Shown here piece by piece: positions 63,740-64,000 of a stretch of 64,000 nt of DNA (its first letter is position 1; each line of letters starts with the position of its first letter). The position numbers and the translations under genes were made by a program. The stretch lies in assembly GCF_006345805.1 (NCBI RefSeq), contig NW_021833589.1, forward strand, positions 1 through 64,000, given 5' to 3'. Source of the stretch: Octopus sinensis (taxonomy: Eukaryota). The notes beneath the pieces were generated by a model. The model had not been told where the DNA came from. It was given only the letters and a program-made list of their open reading frames with translations, and did not search any database.

Positions 63740-64000
63740 TAACACCGTCATAACCATAATTAACTATTTCAGATGATCCCAGCCTCTTTCAGATACCTTT
63801 GCATCTTTTCTCTGTGTTCTAGAGTGCATTGTCTAAGTCTTAGACTCTAAGAGGTCGGGGATCCCGAACATGGACTTTTTTCCTGAGGTCTTCACTGTTT
63901 TCTTTCACAATTTCTTCTAGTCCCTTTGGTTGAATTTTGTTCCCCGTGACATTCGCTAGGAGGTTTACAATCTCCATTTGAATATTGTCGATTTTTTTGA
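63740..64000 (-). mobile_element. LINE 3' remnant, family of 30505-32538
   Basis: EHREKM motif shared with the end of the 31507-32484 ORF. Confidence 0.45.

Overview
AT-rich, transposon-saturated eukaryotic DNA. It is metazoan (a POU-homeodomain gene is present) and has ultra-short 24-29 nt spliceosomal introns, as expected of a highly reduced animal parasite such as a dicyemid or myxozoan; the taxon is an inference. Only two apparently intact host genes are seen: an intronless divergent POU gene (21210-22040, +) and a 9-exon PSMC3/RPT5 (35406-36861, -). The rest is nested, mostly decayed mobile DNA: about 11 pieces of CRE-clade RT+RLE retrotransposons, APE-type LINEs (RTE and Jockey/CR1-like, one with a 2A-like peptide), an R4/Dong-like fragment, hAT, Tc1/IS630, pogo, MULE, Ginger2-like integrase elements, Helitrons, a tRNA-derived SINE and host-gene fragments (H3 tail x2, Rab, SLC5A7-like). 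The standout is a 2-kb endogenous viral element (28150-30149, -). It has a rhabdovirus-like nucleoprotein pseudogene followed by a second, possibly partitivirus-capsid-like ORF, fused directly to the last 57 nt of a CRE retrotransposon, a direct footprint of RT template switching onto viral RNA. This EVE and the POU gene lie in an 18.5-kb block that appears to split one LINE whose halves still carry a 29-bp flanking duplication. All protein-family calls come from motif recognition by eye; no database searches were run.
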